A stretch of 64,000 nucleotides of DNA from Paragordius varius (Eukaryota; Animalia; Nematomorpha): NCBI GenBank assembly GCA_964247055.1, contig OZ176059.1:1116001-1180000 (forward strand), written 5' to 3'. Positions 25,304 to 38,645 of this stretch are shown here, in pieces. Made by a program: the position numbers and the translations under genes. Positions within the stretch are counted from its first letter, which is position 1. Every line of letters starts with the position of its first letter. The notes below the pieces were generated by a model. That model ran no database searches. It was not told where the DNA came from and saw only the letters and a program-made list of their open reading frames with translations.

Positions 25304-25810
25304 AGAAATAAAGTTCCACTAAATCGACTGCAAAATCCGTTTATTAGTTTTTTCCAAGTATATATTTCACCGTCGCTAATTAATGACGTGTTTTCCAATA
25401 CAACATCTGAAAAATGATTTCCCATTTATTTCCACTGATATAATAGTTGTGCATAAATGGTAAGGTAATAAAAATGGTCTCATTATTGACCTCACATCTA
25501 TCACTTTAGATAAGTATTTGGGTATTTTGTTTCCTAAAACAAAATGCCATCTATCATCTACAACTCTGTTTTTGTACATTAAACATAATTCGTTTTTAAA
25601 AGAGTGGTCCCTCCCTATATTTGACTAATATTTAAACCACATACATTTAAGCATTCTTTGTTGTATACCAGGGTATTTTTCTATATTTGATTACAATATC
25701 TATCATAATATATGGATAAAATTTCCGGCAAAGCGGGAAACTGATGGGACACAAATGTTAGATCAGAAATATCTAGCATAAACCATATTCATGCCATTTA
25801 GTGTATTTAT
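24440..25810 (-). pseudogene. Decayed Kelch-repeat (KLHL-like) pseudogene
   Basis: Minus strand with stops and frameshifts: possible BACK end (KWHEY..HLCPISFPL), DDRWHFV, RRYHQLISFHGRLYA(I)GG, VECFDP..PRMAFSC, DALY(II)GG, RHGCAVL..MVYIVGG; GG motifs ~150-200 nt apart; interrupted by (TA)n and a G-run. Confidence 0.65.
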
Positions 25811-26690
25811 TAGGTTGAAATATATTTATAACTCTGTTACAACAAAGATACGTCGTGAGAGTTCGTTCACACATGAAAAAATTGTATTTTATATAAAGCG
25901 TATTTAAATATTTAAATAGTATTAGAAACTCAGTACAAGAGAGTTGAACGTTTTCTTTCCAAAAATAATTTATATATAATCTTCCGAAAAAAATAGAATT
26001 GCTTCTTCTTGTTTTTTCAAGGTTACCTTTGATAAAATTTTGTCAATAATATTTAACATTAGCATATAGGAGTTGATGATCCATGTTTTAGGGACCAAAA
26101 AAAATAGATTATGCACTTATATATATATATATATATGGTCTAAATAATTTATTAGATATTAAACATAAAGCTGCTAAATGTCCTAACCTAATCGAATAGA
26201 CTTTAGAAAAATTTGTGAATCGATTTTGTCAAAATTTTGTTGTGCTCATATTTTGAAATTATGATGTCCAAATTTTTCGCCGGGCCGCGCATAGAAAACC
26301 CCTAGTCTATACAATATGAGGCCCTAAAAATGATTTTTTTGGCCGTCCTGAATAAATCAAATCTCTAAGTTATATTTTTTTAATTTTGAAATTCATGTTA
26401 TAATTAAAATAAATTTTGTGGTAAATTTCCTCTTTACCCATAGTATAATAAATATTTTTGATTTCCGGTTTTCTTTTTCGAAAGTTTTTTATGTTTGTAT
26501 ACCACTGTGCAGCAAAAATAGGGATCAAAAAATAAATGTAATGAATACACCATAAAAATTGGTATGTAAATTTTTTAGTTATTTGCCAAAATAAAATGGT
26601 ATTTTTTTACCTATTAGGCAAATAATTTTAAATACAATAGATGAAAACGTGTCAACTGAATTTATTTTTGTTAATATAGCATAAGTATAA

Positions 26691-27615
26691 TTCTAAACCC
26701 AAAATATTATCAACAAAGATTTTACATTTGTGTTAAATTACAATAAAAGATTAAATTTATACTGAGAAAATGTAATTACTTAAATACAAATATTTTTTTA
26801 AAACAACATTACTGTTTAAACCTTAATTCTTTTTAATAAATTATATAATTAAAATTGTCAATTTTATAAATTAGTATTTTAGATTTTTGCGACTCGAAAA
26901 AGTTAGGTTATATTAAAATAACATAGGTATAAAAAAATATATAGCGTATAATATCACATTTATAAATCGTAAAATTGTTTCAGTATTGTTGAAGTTAAAT
27001 AAAATCAATCATATCAGGGCTATAATATGAAAAATAAAAGGTATAAACGCCCACGTGTTGTCTGAGGGTAAAACATTTTAAAATATTTAACACTTTTTTG
27101 GCTTGAGTTATAATAACCTTCAAATATTGTATAGACTATTAGTTATATATCTTGTTCATATTAAGTAAAATAAATTTACCAAATCAGGAGATTTACATTA
27201 CTGAAAACAAAACACTATTAACTAAAAAATTTAAAAATAGAAAACATTTACCTTAGTTTACTATACAACATTAATATAAAGAGGCATTTGTTAACTTGAA
27301 ATGTAAAAAATATAAAAATTTAGTTTTTTGTATAAAATATAAATAACGCTGGACAAAGTTTGTTAATTTTGGGATTATAATCTAACTAAATTTAATGAAT
27401 TTTGGATTTTTACGAGTAATCTTTGATAACGAACTTAACAAAAAAAATTGAATACGAGTTTTATGAAATATTAATTTTTCTTATATTCTAATTAATTAAA
27501 ACTCCAATAAATTTGTCAAATATTGAATAATAATACTTTGTAATGCCCCTGCGATTTAAAATACAGTTACAAGAGTTATTATTAACTATTTCGGAATTAT
27601 AATTAGCTAAAGCGG
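26691..27615 (+). repeat. ~925-bp direct duplication, copy 1
   Basis: Nearly identical to 37716-38645; I count about 8 differences by eye. Confidence 0.92.
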
Positions 27616-27924
27616 TTTTTTCATTGAAATAGAATTTATTTCTTCAGGCGCTCATGAATTTCGACTCGACAGTTTTATTTAATATGTCACTAATATAATA
27701 ATGGCAACACAAATATGGCCTATAGTAGCGTCGTTACTATTATATAAACGAATCATACGATAGCCAATTCTTTTAATTATATAGTTTAAATGCCTTATAC
27801 GAAACCTACATCTAACTTAACCATATCTACTTCATTTTCATACAAGTTCTCATTTTTTGGTAAATGTATATTAATAAATGTACTATGCCTTTTTGTAAAA
27901 GTCTTAGGAGAATTAACCTTAGTA

Positions 27925-28460
27925 TAAAATCAAGGGGATTGCATAATTAATTCCAAACATGTAGATATATTGATAATACTCAAAACCAATTAAGAAAGGA
28001 CAATACTTTAAATCAACCATTAGCTATTTGAGATAAAAGCTTACTATTTTGATAATAATATATATTTATTGTTAGACGCAAAAAGTCTTACATATGTTGA
28101 TATCATGGGTAAAAAATATTCCCTTCTCAAGAAACTTCGGAGCCCACATCAAAAAAATTAGTTTTTTAGAATTTTTGCTTTTTATATGTAGTTTATAATA
28201 AATTATAGGAATTTTTGGAATAACCCATTCAGCTTTCACATCGAAAAAATTTATTTAGGAAAATTGCGCAAACTTGGCCATTTTCTGATATGGAGCACTT
28301 GCCGCAAAACTGAAATATATCATCAAGATATATTTTCAAGATTCCCGATTTTGTGCACTGCGTATATATAATTACAATTTTACATTTTATTGAAATTTGT
28401 GTAGTGTGCGCCTAAAAGGCCAAAAAAAACTTATTTCGAAATTCGGCCTAATACCTTAAT
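27925..28460. repeat. Dispersed repeat family F, degenerate
   Basis: Shares GCCATTTTCTGATATGGAG and CC.GATTTTG..CAC.G.G.TATATA with ~36695-37110; weaker match near 16900. Confidence 0.45.
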
Positions 28461-28529
28461 ACTTAGAAATATACTCAAATTTCAGATCGCTATGGTATAT
28501 AAAACTACCCCAAAAAATCATAAAGTATT

Positions 28530-29340
28530 GATACAATAATGTTTTAAGTTGTCCACATATCCATTTATTTATTTCTCTTGGAATTTTCTGATGTCCAAAT
28601 GTATTGTTTTGTTTAAGATATGCATCAGGAGACCTATGCGGGTTTTCCCAGTGTAAGCAGTGGGCAGCCTCATGTGATCCATTTAAATTAATTATGACTG
28701 TCATTTTTGTTTTTAGTTGTTACCTTCTGAAATGCATTTATCATTTTGGTAAGGTTGTTAGCCATTTATAATTGTTAGATACTTTTCTCCCTTTAATTAC
28801 AAGGGGGTAGACTTTTCCCATCCTTGTTGATTTTGTTTCCTTCTCGTCATTTTATCACCTTTAGAGTTTATGAATTTGAGATAAATGAAGTTATCTAAAC
28901 TTTTTCTAATGCGTATACTCATTAATTGTCACACATGTGTAGAGCGTGTATGGGCGTATTAATATTTTGACAGTTTTTTTGCAATAAAGTTTATGTGTTT
29001 GATTAGTAGTTAAGTGGTAATTTCGGAGGATTGTTTGTGAGCTCATAACTTGCATTGATTGGATAAGTCTTGACTTCTTCGTCGCATGTGGCGCTTAGAT
29101 ATTCGGGTAGAATAATCATTATCTTTGTCCTATTTATATGATAGTCCATGAATCTGATTTAGATGGATGGCTTTTGCAAGTTCATCCGCAAAAATAATTC
29201 CAAAGGAAATAAATACGGGGAGTGAAAAAAAGAATCAATTTGGAGAGAACACGGTAAAAGATGGAAATAATCGATGCCTTCTCAGATCAATTACGGCCCA
29301 TTGGCGTTGCGAGGGATATGGAGATAGGGGATGATCGTGG
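28530..29340 (-). mobile_element. LINE (non-LTR) reverse transcriptase relic
   Basis: Minus strand: IIFADELA (RT domain 5, FADD-like), HGLS/INRTKIMII, VKILIRPYTLY (LYKxLIRPxLxY-like); heavily broken. Confidence 0.6.
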
Positions 29341-30089
29341 TCCAACGATACACGAAACTGAACTGATGTTTCTATTATAACAAACAACCAATCATAATCA
29401 GCAGGAAGTGAGGGACTAACAAAGCAAAGGAAAGGTCAGCTAGAAAGACCCGCAAGTCAAAACGGAAGATAACCGAGAAGAAAGAACCAGAAAAAGAGAA
29501 TACTTAATAAATCTTACTTATCGTTTGGTGATACTGGTTAAATTTTAGTTTTTGCATTTTGAGAAATTACATATATTTAACAGGTGGGTCTAACAACGGT
29601 TTTAGATTCTGTCTAAGGGCAATAATATAGAATGCGAAAATTTATTTTTTCAAACACCCCCCCACTTAATATATTTATGCCCAACACCCAATTAACAACC
29701 CATTAAACCATGTAAAAACATTTTTATTATTTAGATTGTTGAATCATTTCTTGTAAGCGTTTCTGTTTGTTACATTCGTCGTTTGCAGTTTCATTATTAT
29801 TTCCCAATCTCAAATTTCTGCCAGAAACAGAAAACTTATATTTATAATAATCAGTGTGGTTTAGAGCATTGTATTGATTACAAGCATCATCAAAGTATTC
29901 ATTATCTAGTGATTTAAAATATATATATAATTAAAGCGTGAAAATCAAAAATATTAAATATAATATAAACCACTTGTCTCATAAGAACACCAAAAAAGGT
30001 TTGGCTTATAATCTCCTCTGAACATATTTACAACCATACATACCCATGTCAAAGTACTTAGTTATCCTTTTTACATTTGTCCTATATGT

Positions 30090-30252
30090 TTGCACTTACT
30101 ATATAATGTGTTTTTGGGCACTAATATAACTCATCATAATTATGAATTATTATTTTAGATAATTTTTAAATTTAATAACATAGTATATCTATGATCCTGA
30201 TTTTTGTTCAAGGGTGAATTTGAATTGAAGGATGAGTTTGAGATGTAAATGG
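30090..30252. mobile_element. Family B MITE fragment
   Basis: B interior plus right TIR ending AAATGG, interrupted at its flank by the CAGGGCT element. Confidence 0.65.
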
Positions 30253-30259
30253 TAAATGT

Positions 30260-30779
30260 CAGGGCTAAACATGAATCGGTTCTATTGGGATGGAACCAAC
30301 ACGGTTCATGTTCCACTTCTCCGGGAACCACCCCGGTATTGATTCCAAAATTTGAGGGCCAACCCCGGTTCTAACAATAAATTTTTAGAAATCAACCCGG
30401 TTCCGGTTTTCCCATATGATTTTTATTATATTATTTAAATTTGATTGCACCACACTACATATTACATACTTCAATCTTTAAACCTAAAACTAAGCGCCTA
30501 ATATTTTATTAGCGATACTTGCGGAATTTTGTGCGATTCTGTTTTAAATAAATAATAGTCATAAGTCGAGTTTATTTATAATACGTTTGTTCGTATACAA
30601 AGGTTTCCGTTGAAAGGAGTTATTTCACCCTTATTTTCTATTTTCAGACTTGAGAAGCAGTTTGACCAAGGAACCAAAAATGGAACCGGTTCTGGAACCG
30701 CTAAATTTTAAGGTCAGCGCATTTGTTCAAGAACCGACCCGGTTCCGGTTTCACTTTTTTGACCCGGTTTCGAGCCCTG
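30260..30779. mobile_element. hAT-type MITE with (G)GAACCG(G) subterminal repeats
   Basis: CAGGGCT ... AGCCCTG termini; 8-bp flanks GTAAATGT / GTATATAT (6 of 8 match). Confidence 0.7.
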
Positions 30780-31472
30780 GTATATATCCTTACTTAATAT
30801 AGCGTTATAAACTTAAGTTTCAAAACAAAATAGGCAAATTTAAGTTGTAAAGGTTATAGCGTATAGATTTTATGTAACCTCTATATATGTATAAAATATA
30901 ATTACCATTTCTAAACTCTGTGTAAAATGAACACGAATGGGACTGAATAAAGAACTTATGTTGTTTGCTGCCGAACATAGCACTATGGCAAACAATCCTT
31001 TTTTAGTAGTGATTATAAATCGAATTTAACAGAAAAAATATTTACATAGATTTCCGCTACACTCGCTTAAAAACTTCTGTTTATATGTCATTTTTAGCAC
31101 AGGTTAATATTGAATAGTTTATATGAGACCGACAATATAAATGAAATATTCAAAGTGAATTACGCATTGTATAATCATAAGACACACAATTCCTGCAGGT
31201 AAATTTTGGAATTTTATTTTATTCATTGAACTGCAAAAACCAAATTAATCCCCAGAGAGGAGAAAGAATCAAATACACAAAGAAGTAAACAAGAATATTT
31301 ACAAAATCTTTACAGCAACACCGTATAATTGAGAAAAATAATATTGATACACACATTTTATTTTTTAAGAGTGAAAACGAAGATAAACCAAATCTCACAA
31401 GTTAATTTTTACAAACCAAGTTAAGCATTGTTTTAAATTTGTTTTGTTTCTTTCCAACTATAGTATAATAAA

Positions 31473-32087
31473 CTAATAATTAAATATTTTCGTCACACCT
31501 CTATAAATAAATATACCGTTTAAGTCAAATATCAATGTTCTATTCCTGTATTTCCTTGAAAGTTTTTTCCAGCCTATTATGTCCCGAATTTCTGCACGGT
31601 GGGCCCCGAAGTCAATTAATGCTTGTAAATGTGTAATTTCTGAAATGTTTAACGAATGAATACTATTGTCATCCAAAATTATATTTTTAATAGATTGATT
31701 ATATGCAGCGCGTGTAAAATCAACGGATCTAATATTACAATCAACTATTTCAAGGGATTTTAAATGCGCCCATTTCTCAAACGGTTGCAAGTCTGTCAAC
31801 CCCGAAACTAATTTTAAATTCAATTTTTCCAAATTATTTTCTTTTTTAAAAATGTCGGGAATGACCCTACAATGCCTGAGGGTCAAAGATGTTAGATTTT
31901 TAGGGAAAGATTGTGCCGAATTAATAATGGTTGTATTTGAAAGCGTTCTGCCTTCTATGGTTAAGGAGCGAATGTTAGGGTATTTTCGTAATATATCAGA
32001 AAAATCATAATGATCTTCCTCCACGTGCAAAATCACTTCTTTCGCGTTTGAATTTTTTGGAGCAGAAGTATTTGTGTATGATTCCAC
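31473..32087 (-). CDS. Leucine-rich-repeat protein (204-aa ORF; true start unresolved)
   Basis: LxxLxL repeats: IRSLTIE, LTSLTLRHC, LEKLNLK, LKSLEIVDCNI, IKNIILDDNSI. ORF begins at GTG right after an AG (possible acceptor); an upstream ATG at 32127 is one base out of frame. Confidence 0.65.
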   Translation of the reverse strand: MESYTNTSAPKNSNAKEVILHVEEDHYDFSDILRKYPNIRSLTIEGRTLSNTTIINSAQSFPKNLTSLTLRHCRVIPDIFKKENNLEKLNLKLVSGLTDLQPFEKWAHLKSLEIVDCNIRSVDFTRAAYNQSIKNIILDDNSIHSLNISEITHLQALIDFGAHRAEIRDIIGWKKLSRKYRNRTLIFDLNGIFIYRGVTKIFNY

Positions 32088-32245
32088 CTTTCCAATGAAG
32101 GCAAATTAGCTTGCATGGCACTACCATATGTTGCGTTCTCAGTGAATTCCTTGTGAGCATTAATAAAGGGACAAACGAAGGAAAAAAGTAGTATAGGTAA
32201 AAACATTTATAGTTAACGAAAAATAAATTTAATGATATAATATAG

Positions 32246-34978
32246 CAGGGGTGGCCACACTTTTTTTGTCGCGAGCTTTTTTTGGCTTTTTTGTTAAAAA
32301 AGAGTTCGCGGTCACCCAGAAATATTTATCAAAAAAACTCAATCAACACTTTAAACGATGTATATACCTGCTTTACAGATTAGAGTGACTTGTTTAAACC
32401 ATTTTAAAATTGTAATTTTTTTATCTATCAACCAAATTAAAAAATAATTTAAATTAAAAGACAACGGGTTATTAACTACCTTAATTTTTTAACCAACATA
32501 AAACACTTCAAAATATTTATTTATTAAATTTCTATTATATGAAATTTTACAATATAAAAATTTAAACAATGCATTTGAAATTACAGGGGAGAATACATTA
32601 TGATACAAAAAATAAAAGAAATAAAAAATAGCATTCCAATTTAGAACCATAATTTGAACATAAATAAGAGTACATTAAAATTGTATCCGTTTTAATTCTA
32701 TCCACATATTTTTTAGTAAATCGGCTTTTTCCTAAGCGAAAATACAACTCGATAAACATCCATATTTAATAAAGAAAAAAATATTTAAAACGCCCGACTG
32801 CGAAAAAAATCAGAAAGTTTATCTAAATTAGGTTCAAATGAAGTCAAAGCAATTCTCAAACATGATTCTAAATGTTTATTAGTTAATTGTGACCTCTGCT
32901 TAGTTTTGATAGCATTCATAATTGAAAAAGCCGATTCACATAAATATGTGGATCCAAAAAAAGAATTGAATAATGCAGCGGTTTTCCAAATATGGGGGTA
33001 TTTATCTTTATTTATAAATTTATATATATCTGATCCTAATGATTTTAGATGAATATCGCATTTAACATTTATTAATTCCTCTTCCAACTCTGCTAAATTT
33101 GGTACACCAAGAAAGTGGCTGAGTTTTTGAGCAATATATTCAACATTATTATTATTATTAAATGGGCATGATAAAAAAATAGCGATGTCTTCAAGTTTAT
33201 TTATAGATGAAAATCGTTTTTCAAAATCATTAATAAGCAGACCAATATCATCTGCATATTTTTCAAAAGAGAGATTCTCTATTTTTTCAGACACCGCTGC
33301 CAGATTAAAAAAATGTTTTAAATCTCGGTTTTTTAATTGTGTTTCTACTACTGTTAGTGTTTCCTTAAAAGATTTTAGACACCCATCATATCCATTATTG
33401 TTTTTTCTTTTCCTTGTAATTGGATGTTTAATTTATGCAATTTTTCCGTGATATAAAAATGCAAGATCAAGCAGCCAATCTTGATCTTTCAATTCAGGGT
33501 ATGAAAATTTAGAATTCTCTAAAAAAATTTCTATTTGTGGTAAAAGTTGCCTAAATCTAATTAAAAATGCGGCACGACTCAACCACCTTACATCAGTATG
33601 TAATAAAAGTTCTCCATATTCCACGCCGCACTCATTTAACAAAATTCGAAATTGGCGGCGGGACAAGCTTTTTGTTCGAATGGCGTTAACAATTTTAAAA
33701 CAGGGGTTCATTACATGATGGTATTTTAAAACTTTTGAACATAAAACTTGATTATGGATTATACAATGGTAATCAATGAACTTGGGAAATGCACTGTGAT
33801 TTTTACATAAAGCGATAAAGCCGTTGTTAACGCCAATCATAGCTGGAGCTCCATCAGTAGTTATAGATGCGAGTTTTACGATGGGAAGTTTCGTATCTGT
33901 GATAAATTTATAAAAAGAATCAAAAATATCCTGCCCTCTGGTTCGTTCGTGGAGAGGTATTATAGTTAATAATTCCTCCTTTGCAGATAAATCACTAAAT
34001 ATCATACGAATAAAAATGCATAATTGGGCGATTCCAACATAATCAGTGGACTCATCGAGTTGCAAGGAAAAAAAATACAGTTATTAATATTTTCATGTAA
34101 AATTTCATCAAGATTATTACTAATATCTTCAGCCCTGCGCATAACGGTATTTCTCGATAAGCTTATGCTTTTAATAGCTGTCATAATATTATTTTTGTTA
34201 TCAAAATTTTCAAATAAAATATCACAAGCGCTAATAAAGGCTTCTTTAAATATTTCACCATCTTGGAATGGCTTATTGTTCCGAATGAGTATCTCCGCTA
34301 CCTTGAATGAAGCAATCGTAGGATTTTTATAGTCTTTGTTGTATTTAAGTATGCTATTTTGTGAGGCGGATAATTGTTCTTTTAATTCCTTTACTTTAAT
34401 GTTGCGTTCTTGAGTTTGTAAGGGGTAGTTTTTGGAGTAATGTGGATGCAGAGATCTATAATGTCTTTCAATATTTGACTTTTTGGGCAAAGCAACAGTA
34501 CTATTGCATATTAGACAGGTGCATGTTTCATTTATCATAATAAAAAAGTATTCATGCTCCCAATCTTTCTTGTATCTGTACAACTTTTTTTGGCTCATTC
34601 TAAAATATAAGTTTTAAAAACCTACTTTTGGTGTATCAAATCAAATCTAACTTCACGATTATGCTTCTGATTTATGAATAAGCTTTGCTTAAAGTTTTGA
34701 TATATTCAAGGGAAAAGACTGATTTTAAGTTTTAATGCAAATGCTCCAAAACATATGAATTATAATTAATAAAATAATTTTTTTACACCCTTTTCTTAGA
34801 CGTTTTTTTTTTAATTTAAACCGTATTTTTTTGTATTTTAAATTTAAATTCGCTCAGAAGTAGCCAACTATCCGAAAAAAGTCAATAAACTTTTTAAAAA
34901 AAAAATATTTTCAGGCGGTCACTTTTTGAGTTGTCGCGGTCACGAAAGTGACTGCGGTCACCTCGTTGGCCACCCCTG
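32246..34978 (-). mobile_element. Full-length hAT transposon (Buster/SPIN, GTF2IRD2-like) with frameshifted transposase
   Basis: TIR CAGGGGTGGCCA; perfect 8-bp TSD TAATATAG (32238-32245 and 34979-34986). Transposase 34598-32785: Zn finger (CLIC..RHYRSLH), LDESTD, TTDGAPAM, HCIIH, RWLS, FGSTYLCESAFS; three frameshifts (~34070, ~33450, ~33400). Confidence 0.95.
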
Positions 34979-37715
34979 TAATATAGGCTTTTATAGACTG
35001 CCAAAATTTTTGAACTCTAAAATCTCTAAAATGTTGTAATTCAGCGAATTGTTGTTACTCTAACCTTATATGCAGGTTATATTACACAAATTTTGGTAAA
35101 TGTAAAAAAATACAACGAAAATAAATGGTTAATTTCTTGGAAAACTTATAATTAGAAATATAAATAAACAACCGATAGAGTTAACTTATTTGTTTCTATT
35201 GCTTGTTACCTCTTCGTTGAATAACCTTTATTACACACCTAGTAAAATGTATACAATTCAAAATTGATATCATACTGATTTGATATACAGTATGTATTTT
35301 AGCCAAATAGGTGAAATGGTTTATTTAATGTTGAAAATTATTGATACAAAAAATTATTTCTTACTGTATATATTGACGTTTATCATTAAATTATAGCCAT
35401 GTGATTGAGCCTGTTACCCTAATCATGTTTATAAATTATTATATTTATATAATTATAGGGTTGAACAATTACCTAAAATATTGGAAAAATTTAATTATGG
35501 CAGTATTTTTTCACAAAAAACAATCATAATTGTTTAAACCTACATTTTCTAATATAATAAATAATTGAAATTGTGAGTATATCTCGTTTTTTGCGCCCAA
35601 GAAAGTTAGGTTACATTAAAAAATTATGGTTTTTGCAAAAAATATTTGTCGTATAATATCAATTTTTACTATATATTAATGTTACCAGCAGATCTTTGAA
35701 CCTTGAGCCAGTACAATATTACTGTTTTTGAGATAAATTAAATTTATTATAACGTGACTACTATAAAAAAGAAGCCAGAATTTAAATAAGACTAAACTTT
35801 GTTTATGCAGAAAAATTAAATAAAAAACTGGATACGAATTAACGCTTAGGAAAGTAAAAAAATTTAGGAATATCTTTACCCCCCCCCCCACCTAATATAA
35901 AACGTAGAGAGTGTTAATTCTCTATCGCCTTTTTGAATTAGTTCTTTTAAAATAAAAGCAATAATGTCATCGAGCATTAATATATATAAAAAATTTTGAC
36001 ATCCAAAAGAGTTTTTTCCAAAAATACAGAAACCGAAATTATAAAAAACGTAAAAATGTAAAAAAAATATTTTTTTCCATAATACAATGATTTTTACATA
36101 TTGATTCTTTAAAATCAGACTCATTGATTATAATTGCAAAGTATGGAATATATATAGCTAACACAACCAATCTATATTTTACAATTGCAACTAATAGTTG
36201 AGGTAAAAATAAGGTTTAAACTATGGTGATCTAGAAAAAAATATTCATCTTTATATTTTTACCTTTTGTCTCTCTAATTTAAATTTTTATTGTAAAATTC
36301 AATTTATAATGAAATATGGTGAAGTTTTACTGTGTTTTAAACATGATGGAAACATATTAAAAGGATATCATTTTTTATATAATTCGATAATTTTAACATT
36401 ATCACCTCAAAATTTCGATTCAAATTGTAAATAAATTATTTTTTAAATTGCAAATGAACTCAATATCTGAAGTGTCGGAAACGGCTGGCATCTTCGGATT
36501 TTATAGAAAAATGATATAATATCTTATGGCCTTTTCATACCGCTTCCACCATTCATAAAATAGTATGTAATACGTTTCAATAAAATTTTGCTATGAATTA
36601 AATTTTAACGCAAAACACCTTTTTTTTGGAAAAACTTTTTTTGATGTTAATAGAATAGATTTAAAATTTTTATTGCGCTTTCAGCATTTTTACGTTTTTT
36701 AAGGAGGGTTAACCCATACGAGCGAAAAATTGGATTTTCGCAGCCCGCATCTCTAAAATAATATTTGTAAATTTAACTTTTTATAATATATTTTGGTAAT
36801 ATTTTTTGGAAGGTTGCATTTATTTATCAAAAAAATTTGCCATTTTCTGATATGGAGTAGTTACTACAAAGGTGAATATAACTTTCTTATATCATTCGTC
36901 GTAAGCAAAATCAAAAGATCATGGTATACATTTTCCTTTCATATCAGAATTATTTGTTAAGTCCCTTGATTTTGGACACAGTGATATATAATGAATTTTG
37001 ATATGTTACGGATAATTTTTCGTTGGATAATTAATAAGTAAACAATTAAAATTAATTAAAAGTTAAAGAAATCAAAAATAAAACTTGAATTTTTACTAAC
37101 ATATCATACATTAATTTTGAGGCCTCTCTGCGCTAAAGGCTGCATTCATGAGCGGTTTGACCTATCAAAACCCTATTCCCTTTTATAATTCGAAATCATT
37201 AAACCATTACGAATATGCCATTCCTCGTTTTTTTACCGCAAAAAGAACCATTTATATTTTACGAATGGAGGCTATTTTAACATAGGAGTTTTATCAATTC
37301 TCTAATAATTTGTTGTATAAATGAAGGGGAATTAATATATGTTTATATAAAAAAGTAATTTATCAAAAAAGCAGTACAAAATTTAGCGCAGTATGGACGT
37401 GGTTGTTTTTCGAAACCTAGTACTGTACTGCGAAAAACAGTCTATCTGGTCATATTACTATATGTATACATATATATATTTTATATAATATAAAATATAT
37501 ATATTTTATATATCTTTAAATTGTTTTCGTATCGTTGAAGTTAGATATAACAAATTATGAGTATGTATAAGCCGTCCGATGTGGAAGGTAAAAAAATTTA
37601 AAAATATTTAACACGTTTTTGAGAGTCTGAGTTGAAGAAATCACTAACTTTAAAATGTTTTATACGCTATTACCTTTATTTCGTGTAAGGTTAATTGAGT
37701 TCAACAAATAAGGAT

Positions 37716-38645
37716 TTCTAAGCCCAAAATATTATCAACAAAGATTTTACATTTGTGTTAAATTACAATAAAAGATTAAATTTATACTGAGAAAATGTAA
37801 TTACTTAAATACAAATATTTTTTTAAAACAACATTACTGTTTAAACCTTAATTCTTTTTAATAAATTATATAATTAAAATTGTCAATTTTATAAATTAGT
37901 ATTTTAGATTTTTGCGACTCGAAAAAGTTAGGTTATATTAAAATAACATAGATATTTTTAAAAAAATATATAGCGTATAATATCACATTTATAAATCGTA
38001 AAATTGTTTCAGTATTGTTGAAGTTAAATACAATCAATCATATCAGGGCTATAATATGAAAAATAAAAGGTATAAACGCCCACGTGTTGTCTGAGGGTAA
38101 AACATTTTAAAATATTTAACACTTTTTTGGCTTGAGTTATAATAACCTTCAAATATTGTATAGACTATTAGTTAGATATCTTGTTCATATTAAGTAAAAT
38201 AAATTTACCAAATCAGGAGATTTACATTACTGAAAACAAAACACTATTAACTAAAAAATTTAAAAATAGAAAACATGTACCTTAGTTTACTATACAACAT
38301 AAATATAAAGAGGCATTTGTTAACTTGAAATGTAAAAAATATAAAAATTTAGTTTTTTGTATAAAATATAAATAACGCTGGACAAAGTTTGTTAATTTTG
38401 GGATTATAATCTAACTAAATTTAATGAATTTTGGATTTTTACGAGTAATCTTTGACAACGAACTTAACAAAAAAAATTGAATACGAGTTTTATGAAATAT
38501 TAATTTTTCTTATATTCTAATTAATTAAAACTCCAATAAATTTGTCAAATATTGAATAATAATACTTTGTAATGCCCCTGCGATTTAAAATACAGTTACA
38601 AGAGTTATTATTAACTATTTCGGAATTATAATTAGCTAAAGCGGT
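37716..38645 (+). repeat. ~925-bp direct duplication, copy 2
   Basis: Matches 26691-27615; an older diverged partial unit lies at ~37500-37715. Confidence 0.92.

Noticed and set aside
25057-25425. ORFs containing IYIYIYIY
   Set aside because: (TA)n microsatellite translation; only the Kelch-like part is informative.
33185-34332. Plus-strand ORFs inside the hAT
   Set aside because: Antisense shadows of the transposase frame.
26691-38645. Direct repeats as LTRs of a retrotransposon
   Set aside because: No TG..CA ends, TSD, PBS or PPT, and no gag-pol between them.
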